Shown here: piece by piece, positions 39,745 through 51,042 of the stretch | Layout: every line of letters starts with the position of its first letter | Position numbering within the stretch: position 1 is the stretch's first letter | Source of the DNA: Octopus sinensis | Taxonomy: Eukaryota | DNA length: 64,000 nucleotides | Reading direction: 5' to 3' | Assembly: GCF_006345805.1 (NCBI RefSeq) | Contig: NC_043013.1 | Location: 49,600,001 to 49,664,000, forward strand | Program-made: the position numbers and the translations under genes | Notes under the pieces: generated by a model | The model's database searches: none | The model's input: the letters and a program-made list of their open reading frames with translations, nothing else | What the model was told of the DNA's origin: nothing

Positions 39745-40015
39745 CTAAGACTGTAAACCGGCTAAATCATTAACATTCTGGACAAAATGCTTAATATTTC
39801 TTTTAAGGCGGTGAGCTACAGAATCTTTAGCACTCTGGACAAAATGCTTAGCAGTATTTCGCCCGTCGCAACGTTCTGAGTCCAAATTCCACCGAGGTCG
39901 ACTTTGACTTTCATCCTTTCGGAGTCGATAAAGTAAGTACCAGTTGAACACCGGGATCTATATAATCGACTCGTCCCCCACCTCCCCCAAACTGCTCTTG
40001 TGACAAAAATTTGAA
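39745..40015 (+). mobile_element. SINE-B with duplicated head segment
   Basis: tctggacaaaatgctta occurs twice, followed by the standard body. Confidence 0.8.
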
Positions 40016-40699
40016 ATAATTATAATTAATTTCTCACCAAATATACTTTTCATTATTAACACACAAAACCATATTCGTATATTTAGAGATAAAATTTGGG
40101 TTCCGCAAATCAAACGATAAAATTCGAAAATCTCCTAAAGCTCTCTTTTCAGAATCTAACAGAAAACATAAGTAAAAAATATAAAAAATATAACAGACAA
40201 ACCGGATCTTTCTTGTTGCTGTTACAGATCTTCCGATCAAAAATTAAGTGAAAATTTTCAAATTTGATATATTGGTGTAATTTTTCATGTTGAATCTAAC
40301 GTTATTTGCTTGTTCCAGAAAAATTTTAGAAAAATATTTGATGCTTAAAGTTTGATCCCTTTGCCTTATAGAAAACAAGATTTGGAAGTTGAGGTTTGTG
40401 CGTGATAGCTGTCTAGCACAACAGTACGACGACAAACTTTTATTAAACAAATTGAAAGTAAGTTTTGATAAGTCTAAAAGAATAATCATGTAAAACGTTG
40501 GAATGGGTAATATAAAAATGAAAAATCCCCAATGAATTTTTCTTCTTTCTTTATGGCGAAAAATTACAAAAAGAAGAATCAAACTACGTTAAATTACAAT
40601 TAAACTCAAACTGTACATTATACTATTGTAGTTCAGTTCATGTAAATAATGCATTTTTTTTTATAGTAAAAATTCAAAAACGAAAGTTTGAGATACACC

Positions 40700-41390
40700 A
40701 GGAGTTGCTCCTCAAACATATTACACATTTCGTATCTCCTGCACCACATAAACTCACAGAGATATAAGTCAACCATAGAACGGTGAGTCCCACAGCGTCG
40801 TTTACTCGCTCCTTTTACACTGGCCTAAGTGCTGTTTTCCATTGTTGCGTATGGGTACCATCTTTGGAGTTAATACACTCAACGCTGTGGTTCACTGATT
40901 TGTGCCGAAAATTATAATCACCAGTTTTAGGAATGTGAAAGTAGGCTCTGCACAAGTCACTGAAAATTGTGGTTCCTGGAAGAATCGACTGACGTATGTA
41001 TTCCTCTAGCGCAGTGGTTTTCAACCAGGGTTCCGCCAGTACAGTCCAGGGGTTCTGCAAGAAGTTACAAAACTGCTAAAATCGGCAGTAATTTTTAATT
41101 GTCCTGTGCAGATATGTGTGCATAAGACTATTAAATTATTATACAGGGGTTCCTCGAGCCAGTGGAATGTTTCCTTGGGGTTCCGCTCCAGTAAAAAGTT
41201 TGAAAAGCACTGCTCTAGTGTTTCGCGATTCCGACATAGCACCGCATTAAGAAGAACATGTCGGATCTTGCGACACACTCCTCCGAAAAACTACTGTTCA
41301 CATAGCACCCTTCCTCGGTTGTATTTACGTCTTAAGACTCTTTCGTCTACCTCAACAATCTTCCGAGGTGGCCCTCCGCACATATTTCAC
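40700..41390 (-). pseudogene. Merlin (IS1595/ISXO2-like) DDE transposase relic
   Basis: GGPPRKIVEVDERVLRRKYNRGRVLCEQ*FFGGVCR...NRETLE|EYIRQSILPGTTIFSDLCRAY...HKSVNHS...GTHTQ, then a frameshift to KRRCGT...YLCEFMW. Confidence 0.88.
41012..41212. mobile_element. hAT (Charlie-type) MITE, 201 bp
   Basis: TIR CAGTGGTTTTCAAC / TTTGAAAAGCACTG; 8-bp TSD ctctagcg (41004-11) and ctctagtg (41213-20). Confidence 0.9.
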
Positions 41391-42079
41391 GAATATAGCT
41401 GTTGGAATCAATCGCTGTGCAGTGACTCATTCCTAGTTCTTCAACACAAAACAACAAAAATGAAGTTGTACAAAAGAAAATAGGAAAGGATAACACTCGT
41501 GGTTGTAGTAGTTTACGCAGACTATATGGTTTATTACTATAGAAACAGACACTAACACATCCTGGTTAAAATTACGCAACATTTGCAAACTTTAAAAGCA
41601 ATTAACTTTTTATTTATTAATTTAAGGCATTAGTGAATTTCATTTCCCTAAAAAGCGCACAAAACTACACCAGTACGCCGTCACGGAATAAGTTAAATTG
41701 CAAGGAAAAAGATTTTTATTTAAATAGCATAAATATGAGAAATTAATTAGACAAATATTTAGTCCTAATAAACTGACAATGCGTGACTTGTACACAATTA
41801 TAATATATATATAGCTGCATTACAAGTATGTGAAAAGAAATCACGAGTTATTTCAAACCTAAAAAACAAATAAATAAATAAATAAAATCGGACATTTACT
41901 GTTTTTCTATTACTATTTTCAGTTACATTTTATTCCTTTGATTTGATAACTTAACTGCAAACTGGTGAAGATTTATCTTTACAAGAAGCAGGAGCACTAT
42001 GAAATTTAGAAATTCGTTAACATACCACAGAGAAATTCGACAATACTTGAGTTTTTATTATCTATATATATATTAAGAG

Positions 42080-42115
<36 letters not shown>

Positions 42116-42188
42116 CCTTATGCATTCGAAAACTGAGTTGCCGATTTTGAAATTCAGTAATCTTTCGGCTACCAAACATTATAATCTT

Positions 42189-42614
42189 GGATCTTTTCGG
42201 TTTGAACGGCAGTTTTTTCTAGCGGTGTCATATGAAATTGTCACCCATAATTATGACCCAAGTATCGATCTATTGCATTTCAATTTCTTTTAGGGTTAGG
42301 GTTAGTTAGGGTTAAGTGTGGGGGGAAGGGTATCTTTTTTTCTTCAGAAATGTAAATAAATCCAATCTGTTTCTTAAACGAGGGACATTCATACGGCACA
42401 GATTTTTTTTTTACCTCAATAGACGTCAGTGATTGGTTGAAATTACGGAAATTGAAGAAAAAAAACAACAAATATCTTACAAACTATAGAATTTTCTCAA
42501 TAAAGCCAAGAAAAAAAGATGTTTTATAAACACATTCTACCAGTATACGAAGTTTAAAATTTTTTAGTTACCTAGAAATTATGTTAAAAACTGCAGTTCA
42601 AACCGAAAAGATCC
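42189..42614 (+). mobile_element. MITE, second copy of the 38545 family
   Basis: Same TIRs; TSD ataatctt at 42181-88 and 42615-22. Confidence 0.9.
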
Positions 42615-43007
42615 ATAATCTTTTCTATAAGTCAATTATCGTAAACACCAATTATCGTAAATACCACGACGACGGCGTCACATTTTCTCTGAGTGTTTTA
42701 CCTTAAAAGACACCCATTTCTTTATATGTTATGAGGAAATACAGTCACTCACGCTCTCTCTCTCACACATGCACAAACACACATATATACAAAAAAGATG
42801 TATGCATATGTATTTATGTACGTGTATATGAAAGATAATGTGTATGTGTGAGAGACAGAGAAAGAGCGAGTGAATGCCACTTACATATACATGCAAAAAA
42901 ATACATACATGGCAACATACACCTTCATTCACTCCCTCACTCAGTCTCTCTCTCCTTCTCTCTCACGCACATGCACACACGTACACATGTACGTACACAC
43001 GCACACA

Positions 43008-43047
<40 letters not shown>

Positions 43048-44093
43048 CATTTCATATATAGGTACATACATCTTTCAATTTTTCCTCTCCTTCAATTTCT
43101 GCTCTCTTCAAAGCATAAAGAAATATTTTTTTTAAAAAACGAAAATTAACGAACAATCACGATCTCATATGGTTGACCACATGACCGAATTGACAACTTT
43201 CCTGATGACCGTATTTAAAAACCTGATCTTCGATATAAACTCAAAGTCCTCCCAGAAACCCTGTCCTTTACCTGTTGCTTCTAACATGTCCGAGTTGACA
43301 TTTGTGCCCTTCCCCGCTGATTTTTCCCAAATTTCTTCCGATTCCTATGTTTTTAATACAGGAGATTAGGATTTCACCCCAAAAACACGTTCTCAATTTT
43401 TTTATTTTATTCCTTCCTACCCCAATTTCTTCATATTTTTACTTTTATCGAAATTTTTTTCTTGGTAATCCACGTAGAAAAAAAAAACAGAGAATACGAA
43501 TCTTTATCACTAGTTTATAAGAAGGAGGGAAAGGGAGAAGGAAAGGGGACCAAACTTTAGATACGGATAACATGTTGTTCACAATTTAATGCTGTTTGTT
43601 ATCCATACTTCTGCCCCCCCCCCCCAAAAAAAAAGACTATCAAAAGCAATAGAAAAATAGAAAAGAAAAAGAGGACCTCCCCCTCTAAAAAGTGAACCCA
43701 AGCAGAAAGTGAGACATGCGAGGATGAATCTATCATCTCCAAGAACTGGTTGAGGTTCACAGTTCCTCGAATAACCAACTTTCAAATTGCCCAACGGGAT
43801 GAACGACTTGATCGAACGGAAAGAAGAACGAAAAGATGAAGTACAAACATAAGAGGAAATGGGCTTTGACTATGTGGTCTTGCTCACTAGAACCTTTGGA
43901 ACTTCAAAAACAGAGTATATGGTTACGGAGTACATGGAAACTGGGGGGGGGGTCATGACTGTAACGTACCTTGATGAAATCTAGGTGTCGGCTCCTCGCA
44001 TGTGTATAGGTGGGTTGCTTTTATTTGCTATGTGTTTTATTTATATTCTTCTACTTACTTATATACTCCTCAAAACAAAAAATTTATATTCTA

Positions 44094-44489
44094 CTAGCAG
44101 TATCGCCTGGCGTTGCTCGGTTTGTAAGGGAAATAACTATATAAGCATTTTTAGAGAGTTATAGCTAAAAAATAGCAAAAAAATGCATTAAAAATGGAAA
44201 AAAAATGATGGTAAATTTTTTTTTAAATCGTTGACTCATCGTAAACATTTTTAGAGAGTTACTTCCCTTATATAATAGCGAAAAAATGCATTAAAATGGT
44301 AAAAAATGATGGTAAATTTTTTTTTAATCGTAGACTCATCGTAGACGTGCGCTAATACCCAGAAGGGCTCGATATGAATCACGACTATAAGATACCCGGT
44401 TTTGGTTAAACTGCACCACAAAATGTGGGAGTAGTTAGGAATCTAAATCGTAGGAGACAGACACACAACTTGACTTTTATATATAAAGA
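44094..44489 (-). mobile_element. Non-autonomous Helitron
   Basis: 5' TCTTTATATATAAAAG; 3' end shared with the 29757 family (CCGAGCAACGCCAGGCGATACTGCTAG|T). Confidence 0.82.
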
Positions 44490-45044
44490 TTATTTACTTA
44501 TATACTCCTCAAAACAAAAATGATACCCCCTCCTCAGAATACGGATAAAGACGATGAAGAGGACGAGGAACAACTGAGGTTCACCGTCCTTCTAAAATCA
44601 AACCGACTGCTATTAGAGAAAAATTATTTATGTACAGAATAACAGCTCTTCTGATGAGGTAAAAAAGAAATGAGTTCGGTTGTTGATGTTGAAATTCCAA
44701 TAAAGGAGCCTTGGATCTAAGTTAGGAACCGGCTCTTTCTATATCGGCATGAAATCTTGAAATAAAACTGAATACTGACTGACTGACTGACTGACATCCA
44801 TCCATCCATCCATCCATCCATCAATCCATCCATCCATCCATCCATCCATCCATACATACATACATACATATCGTTGCTATTTTGCAAAAGTGTCATAAGT
44901 CCAAAACGTTGCCTTTTCAGTAAACGGGAAAATAGTTTCACCATTCCATAGCAAAACCTTTGTACTACACTTTGACAATGTTTGATATCTTGGCATCGGA
45001 AGCAGCTGGAGGTACGATAGTTTGACCAAAAGAACCGGCAATTG

Positions 45045-45426
45045 CAAGCAAAAATAGTCTTTTCTACTCTAGGTACAACGCACGAACTTTTGGGGGAGGG
45101 AGCCAGTCGATTAGATCGACCACAGTACGCAACTGGTACTTAATTTATCTACCCCGAAAGGATGAAAGACAAAGTCGACCTCGGCGGAATTTGAACTCAG
45201 AACGTAGAGGCAGACGAAATACCTATTTCTTTACTACCCACAAGGGGCTAAACACAGAGAGGACAAACAAGGACAGACAAACGGATTAAGTCGATTATAT
45301 CGACCCCGAAAGGATGAAAGGCAAAGTCGACCTCGGCGGAATTTGAACTCAGAACGTAGCGGCAGACGAAATACCGCTAAGCATTTCGCCCGGCGTGCTA
45401 ACGTTTCTGCCAGCTCGTCGCCTTAA
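45045..45426 (-). mobile_element. SINE-B with two body units
   Basis: Reverse complement of the 2257 architecture. Confidence 0.88.
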
Positions 45427-45874
45427 GCACAAATAAATATTGAAAAAAAAAAATGCATTTGGCCAAATTTGGACATACGACAGTTTAACATCAATTTCTT
45501 CTAATATCATTTGAAGAGGACGGTGAGGGTAAAGAGGGACGTGCTGCCTTCTAATGTGAAGCTGAATGGATCTGCTCTGAATATGCTTTTCTAAACGGGA
45601 GGAACGAAATTTGAAGATGGCAGAGTAATCCGGGATTTTTGTGTGGGGTTTACCCTGGATTACTTTAAGTGGAATACCCCGCTATTGGGGATTTTATTTA
45701 TTTATTTATTTCTCTACTTTCTATTATATATATCCTCTGTTATGTCCTTTACTGTGGTAGTATCGCCCCTTGATTGATGTCAACCCCACGTGATTTTGTA
45801 ATTTTTTTGTCCTGTAATTCATCCTTCGATATTGTCCTCCATGACTTGGGCCCGTGTGGCCAATAAAAGAAATC

Positions 45875-45875
<1 letters not shown>

Positions 45876-45934
<59 letters not shown>

Positions 45935-46044
45935 TATTATTATTGTTGTTGTTGTTGTTGTTGTTATTATCATTATTATTATTATTGTTATTGTTATTAT
46001 ATTATTATTATTATTATTATTATTATTATCATTATTTTTATTTT

Positions 46045-46085
<41 letters not shown>

Positions 46086-46090
46086 TATTA
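45876..46090. repeat. (TTA)n compound microsatellite
   Basis: Direct reading. Confidence 0.97.
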
Positions 46091-46300
46091 GGCGGTTAGC
46101 TGGTTGAATCGTTAGCACGCTGGGTAAAATGCTTAACAGCGTTTCGTCTGTCGCTACGTTCTCAGTTCAAATTCCGCTGAGGTCGACTTTGCCCTTCATC
46201 CTTTCGTGGTCGATAAAATAAGTATCAGTTGAACACTGGGATCGATATAAACGACTTATCCCCCACCCCAAAAATTGCTGCCCTTGTGGCAAAATTTCAA
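46089..46300 (+). mobile_element. SINE-B
   Basis: aggcggttagctgg...ttctcagttcaaattccgctgaggtcgac. Confidence 0.85.
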
Positions 46301-46321
46301 ACAATTATTATTTTATTGTCT

Positions 46322-49132
46322 TTCCACAGCGTCTGACGCTGAAGATGTACAACGGTGTCAGCTGTTCACTACCAGTGAACTAAGGTAACACACCTTATTC
46401 TTCGAGCAGTTCTAAGCAGTGCTGTTTTTTGCATGTGCTTCACCCTTAATGCAGCCCCTATTTGTTCCATGTACTTCTCAAGGTTTTTACTCACTGTTCC
46501 CAGGGCTCCGACAATTATTGGTACTACTACCACATTTTTCAGCGGCCACATCTGCTTAACCTCCCAGGCTAACCTTTTATATCTATCGACTTTTCTTTCT
46601 TCCTTATCGCATACCTTGTTGTCAGCTGGGCATGCTCTATCTATGATCCAGTATAGTTTGCTTTCTTTCTCAATTAACACTATTTCTGGTTTCCTATTCT
46701 CAGTCTCATGGTCACACTGAATCATAAAATCCCATAGGACTATTGCATTATCATTTTCGATGATGCCTTTGGGTTTATGTTCGTACCACTTTTTTGCTCT
46801 GTCAAGTCCATACTTGTTGCAAAATGTCCAATGGACAATCCTTGCTATATTGTCATGACGTTTCTTATATTCTTTCTGGTCTAGTGGCGTACATTGGCTG
46901 GTAATATGCCATACGGTTTCACCATTTTGTCTACAAATTCTGCACTTATCACTTTCTGATGTGTTGTCTATTCTGTATTTGTTGTAATTCGTTCCCAATG
47001 CTTGCTCTTGGGAAGCACAGATTATAGCCTCTGTTTCCGCTTTTAAATCACTTTTAGTCATCCATAGCCATCTTTTTTCCCTGTCTGTCTTATCTTCAAC
47101 ATCCCTATGAAATTGTCCATACATTCTTTTCTTTATCCACCTATTTTTAGTTTCATTCATTCTCAAGCGCTTATACAGTGCTTTATCTTTGCAATCTTCC
47201 ATCCTACACAAGCCTGACCTTCTTACTTCCAATAATAGCGGTTCTGTGGCATTTTTTACATTTCATGCTATGTTGTTTTCTTCTTCTCTAATGCTGTGTT
47301 CGCATCCAATCAGTCCTCTTGCCCCTCTTGGTACATACAGTCTGTCTGTGTCACGTTTTGGGTGGAGCAACTTCCTTGTCTTTTTGTCTAAGCTGTTTAG
47401 TTCGTCTACTGTCCATGCGATTACCACTACTCCATATCTAAGGAGTAAAACCGCCCAAGTATTGATAGCTTCAATCTTATTCCGTCCATTTAATTTCGAC
47501 TTAAAGATCAGTCTGTCTGTGCATTTATTCCACCTTAAATACTTCTTTCATTTTTTTCTCCATCAATTTATCCATTTCCAATATCCCCCAGTACTTATAG
47601 GCCGTCTCTTCTACCTGCTTCATAACCTCCCCCGACGGTATCGCTAGCCCGTCCATATATTTGATTATACATCTCTTCAAGACTACCACATCACATCTTT
47701 TCAGTCCGAACTCCATTCTGGTATCAGTACTGAAAGTATACACCGTATCAACAAGGGAACTGACTTGGGATTCATCTTTACCATAAAGTTTGAGGTCATC
47801 CATTAATAACAAGTGGTTGACTTTTTGTTGGTGGCTCTTAAATACATACCCAGGCTTTGCTTTCCTCAGAATCAATGTTAGTGGGATCATGCACAGAACA
47901 AAGATCAGTGGGGACAGGCAGTCTCCTTAGAAGATGCCCCTCCTGATTTCTATTGTCCCTAAACTTCTTCCATATGCCATCAGTTCCGTCCTCCAATTCG
48001 CCATACTTTTTCCAAGCAATCGCTCAACATTCGATGCAATACCAAATAGGTTCATACATTCCATTATCCAAGATTGCGTGATCATATCGTACGTCTTACG
48101 ATAATCGATCCATGACATGACTAAGTTAGTTTTCCTTCTCTTGCAGTCTCTAAGTACAGTTTTATCTATCAGGAGTTGATCCTTGGAATCTCTGCACTTA
48201 CGCTTGCAACCCTTCTGCTCATGTGGCAGGACTCCATTTTTTCCAGATGTTCGTACATTAACTCTGTGACATTCCAGTCAATAATTTCCACGTAAGTGGC
48301 AAACAGGATATCGGCCTGTAATTGTCTACCGTATTGCCTTTATCGATGTTTTTTCAAGAACAGCACTGTCCTGACCATTGTCAGTCACTCTGGTGTTACT
48401 TAGTCGGCATTTAACAAGGTGTTGAGTTGTGCATCTGTTCGTGCATGACATTCACCAAATCTTTTGATCCAGTAGCCTTGAACTCCATCTGGTCCCGGGG
48501 CCTTCCAGTAGCCCATTTTTTGTTGATTTCCTTCACTTCCTTAACTGAAATGACTAGTTCTGCCTGTTTTGGACAGACTACTGTTTGTTTCAATTCTTGA
48601 AACCATTCAGCATCCTTCTTGTGCTCCTTGTCTTTGCTCCAGATGTCACTCCAAAACATTTGACTTTCAATGTTATCTGGTATCAACATTTCATCTGTAC
48701 ACTCTCCATTTATTTCGTTGTAGAATCTCTTCTGATCTACTCTGAATAACCTATTCTGCCGGTATCCCTCCTTTTTTTGGTCGTATCTGACCATCTTTGC
48801 TTTCTTTACAACGAGGCGCTGTTTCAGTTCCTCCATTACCACTTTCAGGCCCTTTCTTTCAATATTATACTTCCTTTTCAGCGCCCTGTATTTTTGTTCG
48901 TTTTTAAGCTCCCCTTTCTCTTTTCGGTCTAACACAGAAATGTCCTTCGAGAGCATATCTAACCCTGCCTATATTCTTCTTTTCCACCATGGATCTTTGC
49001 TTTTGTCATTCCCATTATATTGCTTTTCCTTGATATCAACACTCACATTTTCTGCTACATTACTTGCTACCTTGATCAAATTATTTGTTTCTGTAATGTT
49101 TTTTGTTCTGATGTATTTCAGAATTTCATTCA

Positions 49133-49134
<2 letters not shown>
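46322..49134 (-). mobile_element. R4/Dong-clade non-LTR retrotransposon, 5'-truncated and frameshifted (RT, CCHC, restriction-like endonuclease)
   Basis: [77 protein letters not shown]...IIDRACP, VVVVPIIVGALG. Confidence 0.9.

Positions 49135-49187
<53 letters not shown>
49135..49187. repeat. (TTA)n microsatellite at the Dong 5' junction
   Basis: Direct reading. Confidence 0.97.
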
Positions 49188-49740
49188 GAGTGAGAGAGCA
49201 GTGCACGTCATTAAAATGACACTGGGGTAAAATATGCGAAGCCCAATATACCCATCATGACTACCCGTCTGATAAGGATACACCAGGCACATGCATCACA
49301 ACCTTATGTGCGCAACATGGTGATCTCATATGAAGATTAAGCGCACATGACCTTGCTGGTGGGGCCCAGTTAGAATTTTATTCAGGTCGAGTAACCCATC
49401 CCACTCAAAACGTTCCTGAATAAGGGTTGTTTAAGGCTGTTGAACGAAACACCTAAGTTTCCAGAGGTGAATTATCCAAACCCCAAAGAATCCCTCTCAA
49501 CACATGGCTATGATGCTACCTCACTAATTCTGATCGTGATCAGAAATGCACATATCGTCAGCCACTAAGGGACATGCTCAACTGGTTAAGGTCAAACAAC
49601 TGACAAGCAAATCTGTGGTATTGAGCAGAATATTTGCTGTAGCCCATCTTTTATACCAAGACAAAACAATGTACATGATAACACTTCCAATCAGTTAAGA
49701 TGAGAAGCTATGAAAACCACTACCTAGTGACTCCGACGTG
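49188..49740. repeat. Unclassified probable interspersed repeat abutting (TTA)n
   Basis: GC-richer non-coding block starting gagtgagagagcagtgc right at the microsatellite; single copy in this window. Confidence 0.4.
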
Positions 49741-50034
49741 TTGTTGTTGTTTGTCGCCGAAGCTGAACATGTGTTTGAAGCTCCGTGTGTTTCTATCTTG
49801 TTTTCCTTTCCAGAAATTGCTCTTCTTGAGTTTATTGTTCTACTTTGTAGTTAAGTTTATTGGAACTGTAGGCGGCTGGTTGAAGGAAATGGTTAAGTTG
49901 GAATGGAGAAGGCAGAAGAAAACAATAGGAGCGAGTAAGTTCGTGGAATACAGGGTCGCTAGGAGTTGAAGGTATCTTCTAAACTGATTGGCTTTTAAAA
50001 AGTTTTTTATTGCAAAAGAGTGAGTGTCATATAT

Positions 50035-50088
<54 letters not shown>

Positions 50089-50090
50089 AT

Positions 50091-50281
50091 AGTTAATCCA
50101 AACAAGAAAGCACAAAAAAAACACAACAACGCGAGGACGTGGAACAAATATAGTATTATTGGACGCTCAGGAAAGAAGGAAAAAAGGAGGGTTTAACGTT
50201 TCGAGCGGAGCTCTTCGTCGGAAACATAGGAGAAGGGAAGACAGAGGAAAAAAAATCGCCAACGGTACACACGCGGTCACA
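50091..50281 (-). mobile_element. Second copy of the (TA)n-anchored hammerhead-bearing repeat
   Basis: High similarity to 37103-37257. Confidence 0.7.
50191..50225 (-). ncRNA. Hammerhead motif with a core substitution (CCGACGA), probably inactive
   Basis: GTTT CCGACGA A GAGC TCC GCTC GAAA C GT T AAAC: perfect 4-bp stem I, U4 replaced by C. Confidence 0.5.
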
Positions 50282-50351
50282 TATGTATAAATTAACAGAA
50301 TGAGATAAAAAATCCAAGGCTGTGAATAGTTTCCAGAACATTCATAAAGAG

Positions 50352-50399
50352 GTCTTACAGCTGTTTCCGAGATATTTTATATATCCCATCATCAGAGAC
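50352..50399 (-). ncRNA. Minimal type-I hammerhead ribozyme
   Basis: GTCT CTGATGA TGGGATAT ATAAA ATATCTCG GAAA CAGCTG TA AGAC: 4-bp stem I, 8-bp stem II (two G-U), palindromic ACAGCTGT stem III, GUA cleavage triplet. Confidence 0.8.
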
Positions 50400-51000
50400 G
50401 GTGCGAGAAAATGTTTATGTAAGTTATTATAGAGAAAATGTGAAATACAGAGTTGAAGTGGAGGAATGAAAACGGACGTGCGATATGTAAGGATATTGCA
50501 TTTGCAGTTTCATTATTTAAGCAGAATGGTGTATATACAAGGTACAGGAAGCTTATATGTGTCGGAGTAATACTCGGCCGTTTCGCATGCTTATTCAATA
50601 ATGTGGTCGTTGATATTTTACATACATATGCATGCATGCTCCCGCCCTCTCATATGTTTATAGTAAGCAAAAGAAATGGACGGTTCAGAATGTCACTACA
50701 CGCGTTTTAATGGCCTAATTATTATTTATTACCAATAGAAAATATATTGCATATTACATACCATTACGTAACTCCGCAGTGTTGCGTAAGAACCTTATTT
50801 CTTCAGGTGATATTCAACTGTTGTTCAGCGAAATAGACATTCAGTCTATGAGGATAAAGATATTTATAAACACACTGAATGAAATAGGGATTTTCAAACT
50901 GGGATGGAGATATTAAAGCTTGCTACCAAACATCACGATTACAAAGGCAATGTGTGTGTGTATACACACACACCACATATATATATATTATATATATATA

Positions 51001-51039
<39 letters not shown>

Positions 51040-51042
<3 letters not shown>

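Noticed and set aside
44650-44690. CTGATGAG as a fourth hammerhead core
   Set aside because: No stem II or properly placed GAAA with stems I and III; the same applies to ctgatga at 11924, 23950, 30345 and 43202.
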